Part shown: positions 48,770-60,932 of the stretch, piece by piece | Position numbering within the stretch: position 1 is the first letter of the stretch | Layout of the letters: the number at the start of each line of letters is the position of its first letter | Origin: Yuukianura sp. NJ FZ-2021 | Lineage: Eukaryota | Reading direction: 5' to 3' | Length of the DNA: 64,000 nucleotides | Assembly: GCA_046563655.1 (NCBI GenBank) | Contig: CM102285.1 | Location: 7,874,001-7,938,000 of the forward strand | Program-made: the position numbers and the translations under genes | The notes under the pieces: model-generated | Seen by the model: the letters and a program-made list of their open reading frames with translations, nothing else | What the model was told of the DNA's origin: nothing | Database searches by the model: none

Positions 48770-50025
48770 TTTAGACAAGAATAGAGCAAACCAATGAAAA
48801 CAAAACTCACAGATTAACACGTACATATTAGCTGAGAAATTTACAAGGTTGTGTATTTGAAAGACTTGATTCTAGAATAACATTCCAGAGAAAAAATTAA
48901 ATTGGCGGTGGAATTTCGAGTAGTTGCGTGAAATCTACATTTTCGTCCAAGTTCATGTCCCAGAAGGAATTTGCAGGCGGAGTAGACATGTCATCATGTG
49001 CATTAGCATAGGGCCAAGCTGCCATTTGGTCCAGGGTGGAATCTCCCAAGTCAAGGTCACGGTCAATTCCCATCAATTCATTTTCTTTCAGAGTCTGCTC
49101 TGCTTCTTCGGATGTAACTGGAATAAAATTCATCGAGTCCAAGTAATTACTTTCCAATTTGCTGCTCGAATCTGCTGCCAAGTCTCGTTCCTTGGAAACT
49201 GTTTTCTCTGGTTCCTTTGTACAAGGCCTATGCTTTCTCTGGAGAAATGCTCGTGTCACTTTTCATCTTTCTCTCTGCCTTTGCATGGGCGATTACTGGC
49301 GGTCGCTTCTCCGCAGGCTCAGCTTGTAACACTGGCATTAAAAACAAAATTGTTTAACCGCTTGTAGAAACTGTAGCTGGATTGAAACAAATGGATGGCT
49401 AAACTAGAAAGTGTAATTAAAAAAGTGCAAAATTATAAATTACTTACGTTTTGAGATTCGAGTCCAGCAGTCTTCGTCCCAAATTTCGTCCCTCGTGGCC
49501 TTTAGTAAGTTTGCAAATACGCTCCGTTTAATCATTTGAACTTTGGGGTCCGGTGACCTCCTAAAGACTTCACTGTATAAAATCAGCTTCTTTGGACTGT
49601 TGTACTTTGCAGACGAAAAGATTTTTAGCGTATCCTGATCGGCGCAGATTATAATGTCTGTAATTCTCAGAAACTGTTTGATCCTGCCACATGATTTTTT
49701 TAGAAGTCACGCAAATAGGATCATTGTGGTCGGTGCCTTTGCAGCACGGACCTTTTAGAATCTTTACCTTTTTCTGAGTCATTTCAGTCATCATGAGCTG
49801 AGTAATCTAGCCGGCGACTCTGTTATTTTTTATTTCTTTTTATTTATTTTATTTAACGGGATTCCCTAGGGGGGACGCAGCCCATGGATTCCCAATGTCA
49901 TAAAGGTAGAAGTAAAGTAAATTACTGGAGTTCAATTTTTAATGAGTAGGTTAGGTTAGACTCTGATATATCGGCCATAAGCCAGAATGACAACCATATT
50001 GTTCTGTAGGAAGGTCTATGTTTGC
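48770..50025 (-). repeat. Dispersed repeat, copy 2 (unknown spliced coding remnant)
   Basis: Shares 3' flank TTAGACAAGA.TAGAGCAAACCAATG and coding block with 39520-40270. Confidence 0.75.
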
Positions 50026-50327
50026 AAGTGTTGCCCAGTCAAAGTTTTGGATGACACTGATCAGTTTTGATCAGTCTCAAATCATTTTATAGGGACGTTT
50101 GGTCATCCTCCCCGTATTCTAATTGTCCAGCCAATTTTTAACAGACAGTTTTCTCATGCAAAATATAGTTTGGGATTTTCACAAAACGAAACAGAGGGAG
50201 AAACAAAGTTGCGCAACAAGTGCGCCTGGAGTAGATGTTTAGTTTAAAAATTCCCACTTGTTGGCATTGTTTGTGTTTGCAAAAAGTCGTGAGAAGATTC
50301 CGACGATGAGTCGAATTTTCGCGTTGC

Positions 50328-50640
50328 TTAATACCCAAAGGGGTAGGATAGATGGTTTGAAATGAATCTCCGCTTCAAACAGCAGGCTCCAATTCCCTTC
50401 CTATTTACTTCCATTTTTATAATTTCATTATTTTGAAACCGGACGGTGGGAACGGTCACTTGTAGTTGCTTTGCTTCACATAATGCCAGTACATAGTCTT
50501 TGTAGTGCTGATGCTTTAGGTGTTTTTTTGTCCAGGATTTCAATATTCCCGAACACTTGGTCACTTCCTTTCCGTCTGGTTTTGTTTCTCTGTAGTCAAC
50601 TTTACAGAGTACTGAAATGGACTTATGCCATAAAATTCCA
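50328..50640 (-). pseudogene. Protein-primed DNA polymerase B C-terminus (Polinton/adintovirus)
   Basis: KCSGI...HYKDYVL...NNEI...KGIG...KRRF...SYPFGY* matches the pPolB terminal pattern. Confidence 0.65.
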
Positions 50641-50664
50641 ACACTCCGTCATGAACTAATTTGA

Positions 50665-50900
50665 AATATCTGGCTTTTACCTCCAATTGAGAAAGCACTG
50701 CCTCCTGTGAATGAAAGTACAGCATACTTGATCTTGTGCTTTTCGAGCAACAGTCTCAAGTTTTGAATCACTACTGATTTTCCAGTTCCAGCCCTTCCGG
50801 GAATAATTAGCCGCAGTGTTCCATCGTTTGAGCGAATACATTTTTTTACGAGATCAAGTTATATGCCGTTGTGCAGGGTTCAACTGTTCCTGAGGGACTT
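50665..50900 (-). pseudogene. PIF1-family helicase fragment (Helitron- or Polinton-derived)
   Basis: LNPAQR...LIIPGRAGTGKSVVI...AVLSFTGGSAFSIGG (Walker A and motif Ia). Confidence 0.75.
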
Positions 50901-51350
50901 TTGAAATTTTCCGTTCTCTGACTAGCCCCCATTCTTTGGCTTCGGTCCAAAAATTTTCATAAATTGTTTTGTTCGAATTTGTTTTTTTCCTTTTTGTCGC
51001 CGGTGACCCATCGACGACGTTAATGTGGCCTTCGTCCACGATGACCATTGCAGTAGCTAGAGTGACTTTATGGGAAGACGTAATGTTTATGACTGAGATG
51101 CAAAACACCTTGTTACACCTACTTAAATACTAAAGCCATAGCCATGCTCCTGTAGCAAAACAAAAAACTTTTACTTTCCAACTTTCATTAGCATGAGCCT
51201 GTGTGTTCTTATGGAAGAAATAAACAGTGCAACTTTTCCAATTTTGGTAGCATGGACTGAATTTTGTGTAAATGTGCTTCGTTTGTTCCTGAACGAAACA
51301 GACGACGCTGACAAGCCGATTGGAGAGGACTATCCCAAAATACGCTCTAC

Positions 51351-52430
51351 AATGGCCGACATCGCTGAAGGTGACAACACGGTCCGTTGAGTTTGAATTT
51401 GACTCTTTAAACTTTACATTTTTTTTCCAACAGTTGTTCCGGAACAGCTCGTTCCTGCGTTTGCGTCAAAACCACTTTCCAAGACGTCAGAGAAGCTGTT
51501 TAATTGTAATTTACACTTCCTGTAACTAACATAGACTGTCCTCTTGTAATTTTAAATTTAAATGTTACTATAGACGGGCGGCCAAAGGAAGCTGCTACGC
51601 GGGCCTATGACCTCATCTCTGTCGGGGATGATGCTGCAGTCGTCGAGGAACCCGAAGGTCAACCCCCTCTGAAAAAGGCCACGACCTTTAGCTTTACGAG
51701 GCCACATCGGGATGGGAAAAAGGCCTATCTGGCACGAGCTCGGGCCCTTGGTCCATACTCAAAATGAATTTTTTGGCGAGCTCGGACTCGTTCGGAAAAT
51801 TTCACTCACCAGCAAGCTACTCATTCGGCTCGAATTTGACCACTCAAACGAGGTAATTTAAAATCTAATCAATAATAAATGAAATGGAAAATCAAATCTT
51901 CTACTTTTTTTTTTGTTTGGCCAAAAGGTTTTCAAAGTTTACATTAAAAAGGACAACTTCAACTCAAAACCCAGCATCATTCAGATTTTGCTTTCGGAAG
52001 TCGACGACTTTTCCGAGTATGTCAAGGGTCAACTGCTGCCCATGATTGACGACGGATTGCGCACAGGTGACTTGGCACTAAAGGCAATTCCTGGAGAAGC
52101 AACTCCGAAACCAACATTTGCCGATTTTTGGGAAGAGGACAATTGTGGGCTGTATATGGCAGACTCTGGAAGATTGCGCTTGCGCACGATTCACCTTGTT
52201 GGACGCTGCTACCAGTTTTATTTAGACAACCCAGTGTCGGGGTCAATGTACCCGGGGTATTTCGGTACGACGTAACCCGATCACAGTCTTTGTACTAGTT
52301 TATGTCAATTGCTTGATTTTTATTTTTGACTTCAGGTCCAAAGATTGTGTTGAGCCGCCAGGAGCTCGAGGCGCTCATGAAGATTCTGGGGGAGATCAAG
52401 GCCGAGTGTCCTCCTCTAGACGAGATGTAG
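51351..52430 (+). pseudogene. Small spliced gene, possibly PC4/PUR-like ssDNA-binding fold, interrupted near 51722-51848
   Basis: Putative exons ending ...YQFYLDNPVSGSMYPGYFG|PKIVLSRQELEALMKILGEIKAECPPLDEM*; resemblance to PC4 by eye only. Confidence 0.35.
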
Positions 52431-52669
52431 ATTGACAGGCCTTTAACTCGTCAGTCTACGGTGTTTTGAAACCTGTTACTTTTCATTCAAACTGAAATAA
52501 ACTTTCTCTTTCTGAAACCTGTTACTTTGCATTCAAACTGAAATAAACTTTCTCTTTAAGATGTTTTCTTTGAATAAAAAATAAAAAAACAAAATCAAAT
52601 TCGAGCTGTAAATGTTGTGCTGACGAGGGCAGATTTTTATTTAGAATTTACCAAAAAAAAAAAGATTAA

Positions 52670-53290
52670 AGGCCTTTGCAGATTAAGTTGGAGGTTGGGA
52701 ATTGTTTCTAAAAATGAAAAAAATTATAAGTTAACAAAACAGTCAAAGAGAAAGTCACTACTGGTGTGTGATGATGTGAACACGAGGATATAGTATCTCC
52801 GGCAATGGCTTCCCGGTTAGCTCCTCAATTCTTCCAAGTTCGGCTTGGACGTTGTCTACAATGTTCGATTCCAGTTCTTTGATGCGCTTCAGGGCATCTG
52901 ACAATTGTTTTTCGTGGGCAGCCCGCTGTCGTCTCAATTCGGTGACATCCATCCTGTTTTCTTCAGCACACTTGATCAGCCCGTCCAAGATTTTGTGCTG
53001 CTGGACATGGATGGCTGAAATTTTTAAATAAATTTATAATTTTACTTTAAAATACTAGACAGGAATAAAAAAAACAAAAAAGAAACTAGAGAAAATGAAA
53101 TACTTACAAGTCGTCACAGCGTTTGCCGCTTCGGCCCGAAACTCCATAGCGTTGTATGCTGCGCAAGCACGGAGGACGTCGGACTGCATTTGCATCGTCG
53201 CGGCGACTTGCTGCCGGAAACGTCGCTCCGACAGTTCTCTGCAAACAGACGTATTTGCCGTTTCGTTTTCCTATTGAAGGCGCTTCATTT
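52670..53290 (-). pseudogene. Small spliced coiled-coil gene remnant, unknown function
   Basis: GT-AG intron ~53107-53015 joins RRFRQQVAATMQ... to HKILDGLIKCAEENRMDVTELRRQ...; premature stops. Confidence 0.35.
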
Positions 53291-53421
53291 CACTCTGCTG
53301 TAGTGGTTGGCTTTTTAAACTGCAAGTCCACCTACAATGATAATGACACCAATTTTCAATTTTACTACAAATACTTTTGAAACTAACAAAAAACATAGTA
53401 TAAATTGGATTGTCACCTGAA

Positions 53422-53790
53422 TTATTCCCTTTCGATGTGGCATAAGCTGACCATCCAAGTTGGAATCGTTTGGTTCAAACAAAAACAGCTGTTTCCAAGC
53501 AAAAAGTCGTCCCTGGAGATCCCGTTGCCAAGGGCACAGTTAGATCCACTCAATGCTTGAAAGATTGATTGATAGGCCTTCAAGTACTGCTTATTACTGG
53601 CGTCAAACTCGAGCCGCTGAATGCTGAATCCAGCTTCTTCAAAATTAATAGAAATGCACGAAAGGTCGTGATGTCCAAAATTAAGGCAGGATTTGTTCAA
53701 GGCTCCAGTGTAGCGTCTATGCTGTATGTATGCTGTAGCGTCCAGTAGTGCCAAAACAATATAGTTTGGAACTCGGCTGGCGAAATTTAC
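53422..53790 (-). pseudogene. Polinton/adintovirus major capsid protein fragment
   Basis: RVPNYIVLALL...YTGA...LNFGHHDL...YLKAYQSIF...GNGISRDDFLLGN fits the C-terminal jelly-roll pattern of Polinton MCP. Confidence 0.7.
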
Positions 53791-53859
53791 GTTTAGAATA
53801 GTCTACGCATAAAGCAATTCGGTGTGCCATGTAATGAACCGAAATTAAATTGGATTTCA

Positions 53860-54280
53860 TTCAATTCGCTCCGTCATTGACAAAGACAACAAACTTCTTT
53901 TTAAAGTAGTCCGTAAACAGCACCCGTCAGCTGCGACGGCTTCCATTATAGTCTTGATCATAGCGGCAGATGATTCTCCTTCTGTTAGTTCTAGTAACTT
54001 GTAAAATATGACATTGGGCGATTTTTCTCGACAGTTGGTACATACATAATCAAGTACGGCCCGTTGTGCGAGTCTATGGTAGAGTCCACGATCGAGCTGA
54101 AAGGATTACGTTCTGCCGCAATAAATTCCACCAACATTTTGTGCATTTCGTGGCTAATGTGCGCTGCGATTTCTTGCGATGCTTTGATATTAACGTAGTA
54201 ATTTCTCTATTGGTCTTAACTTCAGTGTACATAAGTTTGAGCATGTTTATTGTAGCTTCTTAGTAACTGGCGAGGGTAGT
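53860..54280 (-). pseudogene. hAT transposase fragment (ZNF862/KIAA1586-like)
   Basis: IAAHISHEMHK...PFSSIVDSTID...YLIMYV...KLLEL...FVNDGA with frameshifts. Confidence 0.7.
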
Positions 54281-57102
54281 TTCAAACGCCTCTGCAAAAG
54301 CAATAAATTCGTTCTAGAAATTTAATTCCGCCAAGTGCACCACATTTTGTAAGCCGCAAGGTGGCCATCATCGTCAAGGCAATGATCCGGTCATCGTCAA
54401 GGCAATGATCCGATATAATTTTTATGTTCCTCTCCTTTCTATCGGGCAACCATGCAACACGAAACCTTCTTCCATCGTTATGTTTTTTGATTTTGATTGA
54501 TTTATTGCTCCTTACGGGCCCACAGCCCATGAGGCTAAAATGGTTGAATATTAGTATTACATGTTCCGCTAAGTTAATTAATATCTTATGTACAGAAATT
54601 TAAATTTTTTGTTAAGTTTGTAACTGTTTATATTTGGGGGAATTGATTTTCGAATTGTATGAATTAGTAGTACTATAGTATTTATAATTAACAGAATGTA
54701 TTTATTTTGGAATATACTAGCCTATGCTTAATCTATTCTGAATTTATAATCCAATGGTTTCGTTTGGCTATTCCTTACCCTCTCTACGGCCCTTTAAACA
54801 TTTAAATACAAGTCCTCTTTCGTACTCCTCGATTGCTGCTCTACCGAGTTCTTTTATGTTTCAACTGTGTTCATTTAGGAATGAACTTTTAAAGAAGGAA
54901 TTCTGACAAAAACCAGAACGGAAAATCCGAATAAATCAGGGCTTTTAACCCTTAGTTTAATTAACGTTAATTAGAGGTGAACAAATTAGCTAATTTACGG
55001 AGGTCGATAGGTCAGGAAACTAGAAAGAGGCATGATACCGTACAGAACTAGACCTAAATCGACTCTGAAGTAGAGACAAAAAGAGACAAAAGACAGAGTT
55101 GAACTAACTGAGTAGTTAACTTTTGGATGTTGCAATGTGAAGTACGGCTAATGCGCATGACACAAAGAGGAAAATTTAAACCAAAAATAGGGTCTAAAAC
55201 TAACTGTAAATTTAACCAAAAGAGGGGTTTAAGAATCTAGAAAAATGAGGAATTGAAGCTGTCAATTCCACAAACATTCGGTGGCCTTGGTGGATTGAAG
55301 AATCCACCAAAATCCAACTGTAGTTGAATTGACAAGTGAAAAGGAGAAATGAATGTTTGTGAAAATGAAGCTAAAATGGAACTTAGTTTTAGAAGTGGTG
55401 ATAGATATTATTTTAACTCAAAATTAACTTTACTTTACTCGAAGTTGAAAGTGAAACGAAAATCTTAAAAATAATAATGAATGCTGTAGGAAACAGTGAT
55501 GAGAGTCCGACGAGAGGACGTCAAATGGTAGTGGGACGCACGGGCGGTGTCCAGATGAGGAGAACGAGGGAACTGGAATCTGCAATGGGAATTCCGGTGG
55601 AAGTTGAGGTGAGGTCAAACCGTCCAGTTGAAGTCCTGGAGAAAGCACACGAGCGGTGACATTCGGTTTGAGTGGCGGAAACGGTCTTGAGCCTGATGGT
55701 GAGGTTGGTCTGGTGTCCTATGGCGACAAAAAGAGGCGGAGGCCCATCTTGGTCATGAATTGTGTGAAATTGTTTCTTGGGTGTTCCAATCTTCATCCAA
55801 GTAAGTAGAAGTGAAGAGTTGTCAGCTGCCCCAAGAAGCGAGTCCAGTAATGGGACGAATGAACACACGGGCGGTGTTCAGTAGACGGAATTGATCCGAA
55901 TGAGACTGGAATCCTAGAGGCGGAAATCCAGTTGCGGTGAACGGAGCTCTAACTTTTCAGTCGATGGACTGGCGAAAGCACTCTGACGGTGACATCCGCG
56001 GTATCGAGACGTTCGAGAGATATGAGTTGAGTAGCGGAGCTCTAACTTTTCAGTCGACGGGGGGAGTGGTGGACGCACACTGATGGTGATGTTACGTGGC
56101 CCTTTCACGTAATAAATGGTGAACATTCGCAAAAAGATAAGTTGAGAGTAGAAGCTTTATTCAGAAAACTTAATGCTAAGGGAAGGTTAACAAATTGGGG
56201 TTACCTGGATCGTTAAAGGAAAACCACACGCGAGCCAGAAAATCAAGGGGCTGCTGAGTGGAAGTTGAAGTTCAAGCCAAGCTCCGAACCACAACTGAAG
56301 TGTCCAGTGCTGGACCAACGCTTTTTAAGGGCCAGTGCGGCCGGAAAGGAAAGTCAACTTGACGCTATCCTAACCTACCCTAAGACAGAAAAGGCACTTG
56401 GCAACTATGGGTCAGTTACGTAACATAAGAAAAAAAAGGAAATCGACAAAAAGGAAAAGGGACAACTAAAAAGAGGTGGAATTGAGAATCTAACTTTGGG
56501 GACATCTTGACCCACCTTGTCTTCAAGGGTCCAGTTTCATTCCGGATTCCCTTTGAGTAAGATCTTAAGTAACTACAGTGAAAGTGTTCTAAGCATAACA
56601 TTTCTCCCCTTATCAAAAAAATTTGTCCCATAAATTCAAAGTAATGAAAGAATTTTACATGAAATTATAATTGTAAAATTATAGGGAGAATTTATTAATA
56701 TGAATTAAATTGTTATTTGATTTTATATTGGATTTCGTTTTGTTTGAAATTTTCTTTTTGTTTTTTTAATTTTTGATTCTTATGTTTTATTAATGTTTAA
56801 GAAAATTATATATAAATTCAGAAATAATGTCTTTTGTTTTTTGATTTTTGTTTGGATTTTTGAGCATATGAAGGTCTTATATAGTCTTATATAATAATTA
56901 TAGTCTTTTGTTTCGGTTTTATACTTTGATGTTTATGATTTTTTTGTTTAAACTTAGCCTTTTTATGAGTTAGCCAAAAGGAACAATAATATATATTATT
57001 ATTAGTCTTAACAGAAGACAGTCTTATGTTTGGTTTTTTTTATCATTCTTTTGGTTTTTAGAGTAATTTATAATTATTATGGAATGATATTAACATTTGA
57101 AA

Positions 57103-58201
57103 TTACTGGCCAAAAAGGTATTTATCTCGTTGTTTTCTAGACATTTTGAAAACTTGTCTTTTTCTAAACTTAAGTTTTCTTTGTCTCACATAGTCTTTAC
57201 AAGGGATAGGTTCCTCAAACTGTACTAGTACAAAATTGGGAGTTACAATTTTGTTTTCTGGAAGGGGAATTGTGTTCTCTACTGGAGGGTCCTCTTCTTC
57301 CTCGTCACTGAGGTTAATTTCAGGGATGGTTTCGCTGATTTTGGAGAATCGCTGATGATATTCGGCAATTTCTTTCTCAGTTAAGATGTCTCTTCCCTCA
57401 TCCACATATGTTGACTCATCGAAGTAACGCTCATCCGAGTCAGAATCTGAAGAGTCCGAATCCGAGGATGAAGAATCGGAGTCGGATGATGATGAATCTG
57501 AATCTGAAGATGAAGTAGATGAAGAGGATGTATCCGAGTCGGATAGGTTAACCACGGGTGGGGTTGGTGGGGTTATTTTCTTACGTATGGGGGATACGGG
57601 TCTTTCAGTCACAATCATTTCTTCAATCATCTCGTGTAAGATGATGATGAATGTGATGATTTCTATATACTTGGACGGAAGGAAGAGTGGGAGAGGGTTG
57701 ACTTCCTGGGGAAACTTCGACATCCGCGTGGAATGTAATGGTGTTGGAGACTGGAGCCGAGGTTTGAAAAGGTGCCGTAGAAGCTGCAGGTTTCAGAAAG
57801 TCGTCCATCGATAAGCGAAGAAATTCTGCTGCTTGAGGTTTGGATTGCAAAGGATGTGGTGCGTGGCTTAAATTATAGGAATACTGTGGTTTCGGTATGT
57901 CTTTTTGATTTAGAAAATAAGTGAAAGGGAAAACTTTCTCTTTTTTATAACATAGTAATTTTTTTCCTGAAGGATCTCTCTTATTACTATAAATATAACT
58001 AAGGGGAGGAGCTAACCTAACTTCCTCCTTAATCTCTTCATGAGAAGTAGTATCATAGTAAAACAACGGACAATTATCCAGATCCATAGTATCTAAGTTA
58101 TTTTGTTTATTCTTATTTATCCTATTCCTAGTGAGTAGATTAATTCTATCTATTTTTTCCTTTGACATTCTCTCCCACTTATTCATAAATTGACCAGACA
58201 T
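57103..58201 (-). pseudogene. Accessory ORF between env and 3' LTR (frameshifted; Pro-rich, poly-Ser/Asp, basic tail)
   Basis: Overlapping ORFs 58201-57623 and 57723-57103. Confidence 0.5.
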
Positions 58202-58599
58202 ACTGGTGCTAGACGTTATGTCTCTGATAACTCTTTGTCTGACCTTGCTTCTTTCCTGTCTCGCTATGGCACGTTGTTGTTTAATTTGAGAGTTTTTTCA
58301 TCTCCTGTTTTTCATTTTCTAAAAACAAAACTTACTTGTTAGTTTTAAAAATTTCTATTCAAAAAGCAATTGTTCAAGAGAATGATAGACCAAAAACCCA
58401 CAACAGAATAACAGAGAAAGCAGAAGTAATTTGCAAAGATATGTTTAAAATGGATTTCCGTTGTATTTGAAAATTGCCGTCTTTTTACTTTATCTTTGTG
58501 GTTTTCAATTTTGAATTCGTTTAAGCTCCTCAATGGATATTTGGGAGTCAAATTTGTAGGTTTGGTGTATTCGTGTTCGACCTTATACTCAACATTTGT

Positions 58600-60666
58600 T
58601 CAAACTTTTTGAGAAGGAGCCGTAGGAAGACGACGACGGTTGATAGGCCGTCGAAGTTTCGGTTTGCGTAAATGGCGAGTCAACATAACAATTTCTCGTT
58701 CGGTCAATGGAAGAGACTCGTTTTCAGAGTCGCTAAAATTATTTCGTTTTTTGGGCTTTTCCTTTTTTGAAATTCCAATTTTGTTAAAAATGATGCGCCA
58801 AATCTTGACAAAAGTAGAACGATTTTTGTAAACGTATTTCAAGAGTAACATCAGTAAGAAAATAGCCAAACTCAACATGCAAATTGTAGCCAAAACATTT
58901 TGAAAAGGAGTCAAGATGAATTCTCGTAAAAGTGTAATGGTTTTCTTTTCATTTGGACCAAAATTCCCATTTCTATTTTTCAAAATGTTGTCAATTTTGT
59001 TTTGGTGGGAAAGATCTTTCAAAATTTGCGCAATCGTTTCTGCTCCACCTAGTTCATCTACAGAATACACTCCTGGAGAAGAAAATGATAAGTCGGGCAT
59101 ATTCTCTAATTTTGAGTCATCATAATTTGCAGGCAAAACTGTTAAATTTTCAATGACAGTTCTGTTGGTCAAGTGAACAGTCATTCCTGCGTAATCAAAA
59201 TAAAAATTTGGAGCCGGGCATTTAGTATTAGTTGGCTCCATAACTATTTCATGGTTTAATCCTGTCAAGTACCCTTCCTTTTTATCTACTCCATGAAAGA
59301 ACATTATGGGCCATTCGAGATAACGTCCGGTTTGAGGCAAAAGCATATACGTATCAATTTCGTCGCATTTATAAATGGATAAAATATCTCCGTTAGTCTT
59401 TGCTCTCAATGCTGGGTTTTTAAGGAGAGTGCGAACCAAAACACTAGGCTGTCCACGTCCAGACGCGGCCAAAACGCGTAACAATTCTAAATGATTCTGA
59501 TGGGCTTTACAGGTATCTCGATGAACTGTCTGAATTCAAAATGATAGGAAGTTGCCACAATTTGATAGAGATAGAGTAATTTACTGTTTAATTCCGCATT
59601 GGTAACTAATTTAGGTGTTTCCGGCAATTCTTGCTTAGGTAAAATTAAATCTGGTAAAAAAGCTAGTTCTTTAGTAGAAAATCCGCTCGTAGACTTGAGT
59701 CCAAGTTCAGTGTCATTTAAATCTAGTTCGCCATCATTTAATTCAATTTCAAGATCAGTTTCATTTAGAGAATTCTGCTCAATCTCTCTTTTATAGCGAG
59801 TTGGTCTGTTAATTTTTCCTTGGTCAAATTTGTGAAAGAAATGCCTAATTCCCATGAATTGTTTTTTTCAGTGAAAATTATGCCTTGGGCAGACGTTCCA
59901 AAAGTTAATCCACATTTTTTCACAGTAATAATTTTCGTTATAGCCAATTCAAGAGTTGGGCAAGAGAGTCTCCCATCCGTGTAAAGACAAGTGGCTGAGT
60001 CACCTTCTTTCAAGCGACAGAATTTGACTTCTCCTGGCAACCAAACCAAAATTCCATTTTCAGTTTCGCAACTGCCTTGTCGATACTTACATTGACCTAA
60101 AGTTTTTGCAGTAGTAATAATAGTGTCATCTGTATTGGAAACAGAAAGAGTAAGAGCCACCATAAAGTAATTAGTCACTGTTTTATAATCTGAGCCTAAC
60201 CAGTAATAATCAAAATTCAAAACTTCATTTGTACCAAAAAATCCATCAGAAATTCTGTCCAATTTTTGTTGACTTGATACCGGACTCGCATGTGTTCTAA
60301 CCATGAGACGACAATGTTTTTTCAGTCACCGGAACTCTATATTTTAGGTAAAATTTGTCTTTTTTTGCCAAAGAAATGCCTATAAGTTTTAACCTCCTGA
60401 ACTTCCATGAAACACTCATAACCTTGAAAATTCTGCATGCTAATATCAGTCCAGAAAAGCGTTATATCAACCAATTTCGAAGGTTTTTCAGTTGCTACCA
60501 GTGGACATTTGATTGGCGGAGGCAAACGCCAAGGAATTCCTGCCGTGTACCCCCTACAATAGTACAAAACTTCAGATTTTGTATCAAGTTTTGTAAACAA
60601 TTGATACACTGGTGAATCTTGGGAAGTTGAAAAAGAAATAAAAATAAGTATCCACCAAATCTCCAT
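58600..60666 (-). pseudogene. Class III fusion glycoprotein env (gB/mononegavirus G-like), 3 frameshifts
   Basis: Signal MEIWWILIFISFSTS; YYC..W.LP..C; GYEC..YRHFFG and YYWLGS (bipartite fusion-loop-like); RPTRYKR furin site; ELNSKLLYLY helix; PSVLVRTLL...AKTNGDILSIYKC; TM VLATICMLSLAIFLLMLLLKYVY. Confidence 0.8.
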
Positions 60667-60932
60667 GTTAGAAGTCGAGAAAACAATGAAAAGAAAACCG
60701 AAATGGAAGAAAACAAATTAATACTATCTTAGTTTTTTCAATTAGATAATTAAAGGCTGCTTAAAATTAGTTTGATGTCTGAATCTTGATAAAATGCTAC
60801 GTAAAACTATTTTGATTCCTGAATCTTGCTTGAATTTTGATTTGACGGTTTGAAACTTGATTTCTGAAATATAACACACAAACAAACGATATCAAATTTA
60901 GTACTTTTTTAGAAAAATTTGTTGCTTTTAGT

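Noticed and set aside
55430..56080. Short internal repeats and ORFs beside the gypsy LTR
   Set aside because: No PBS or protein motif; cannot classify
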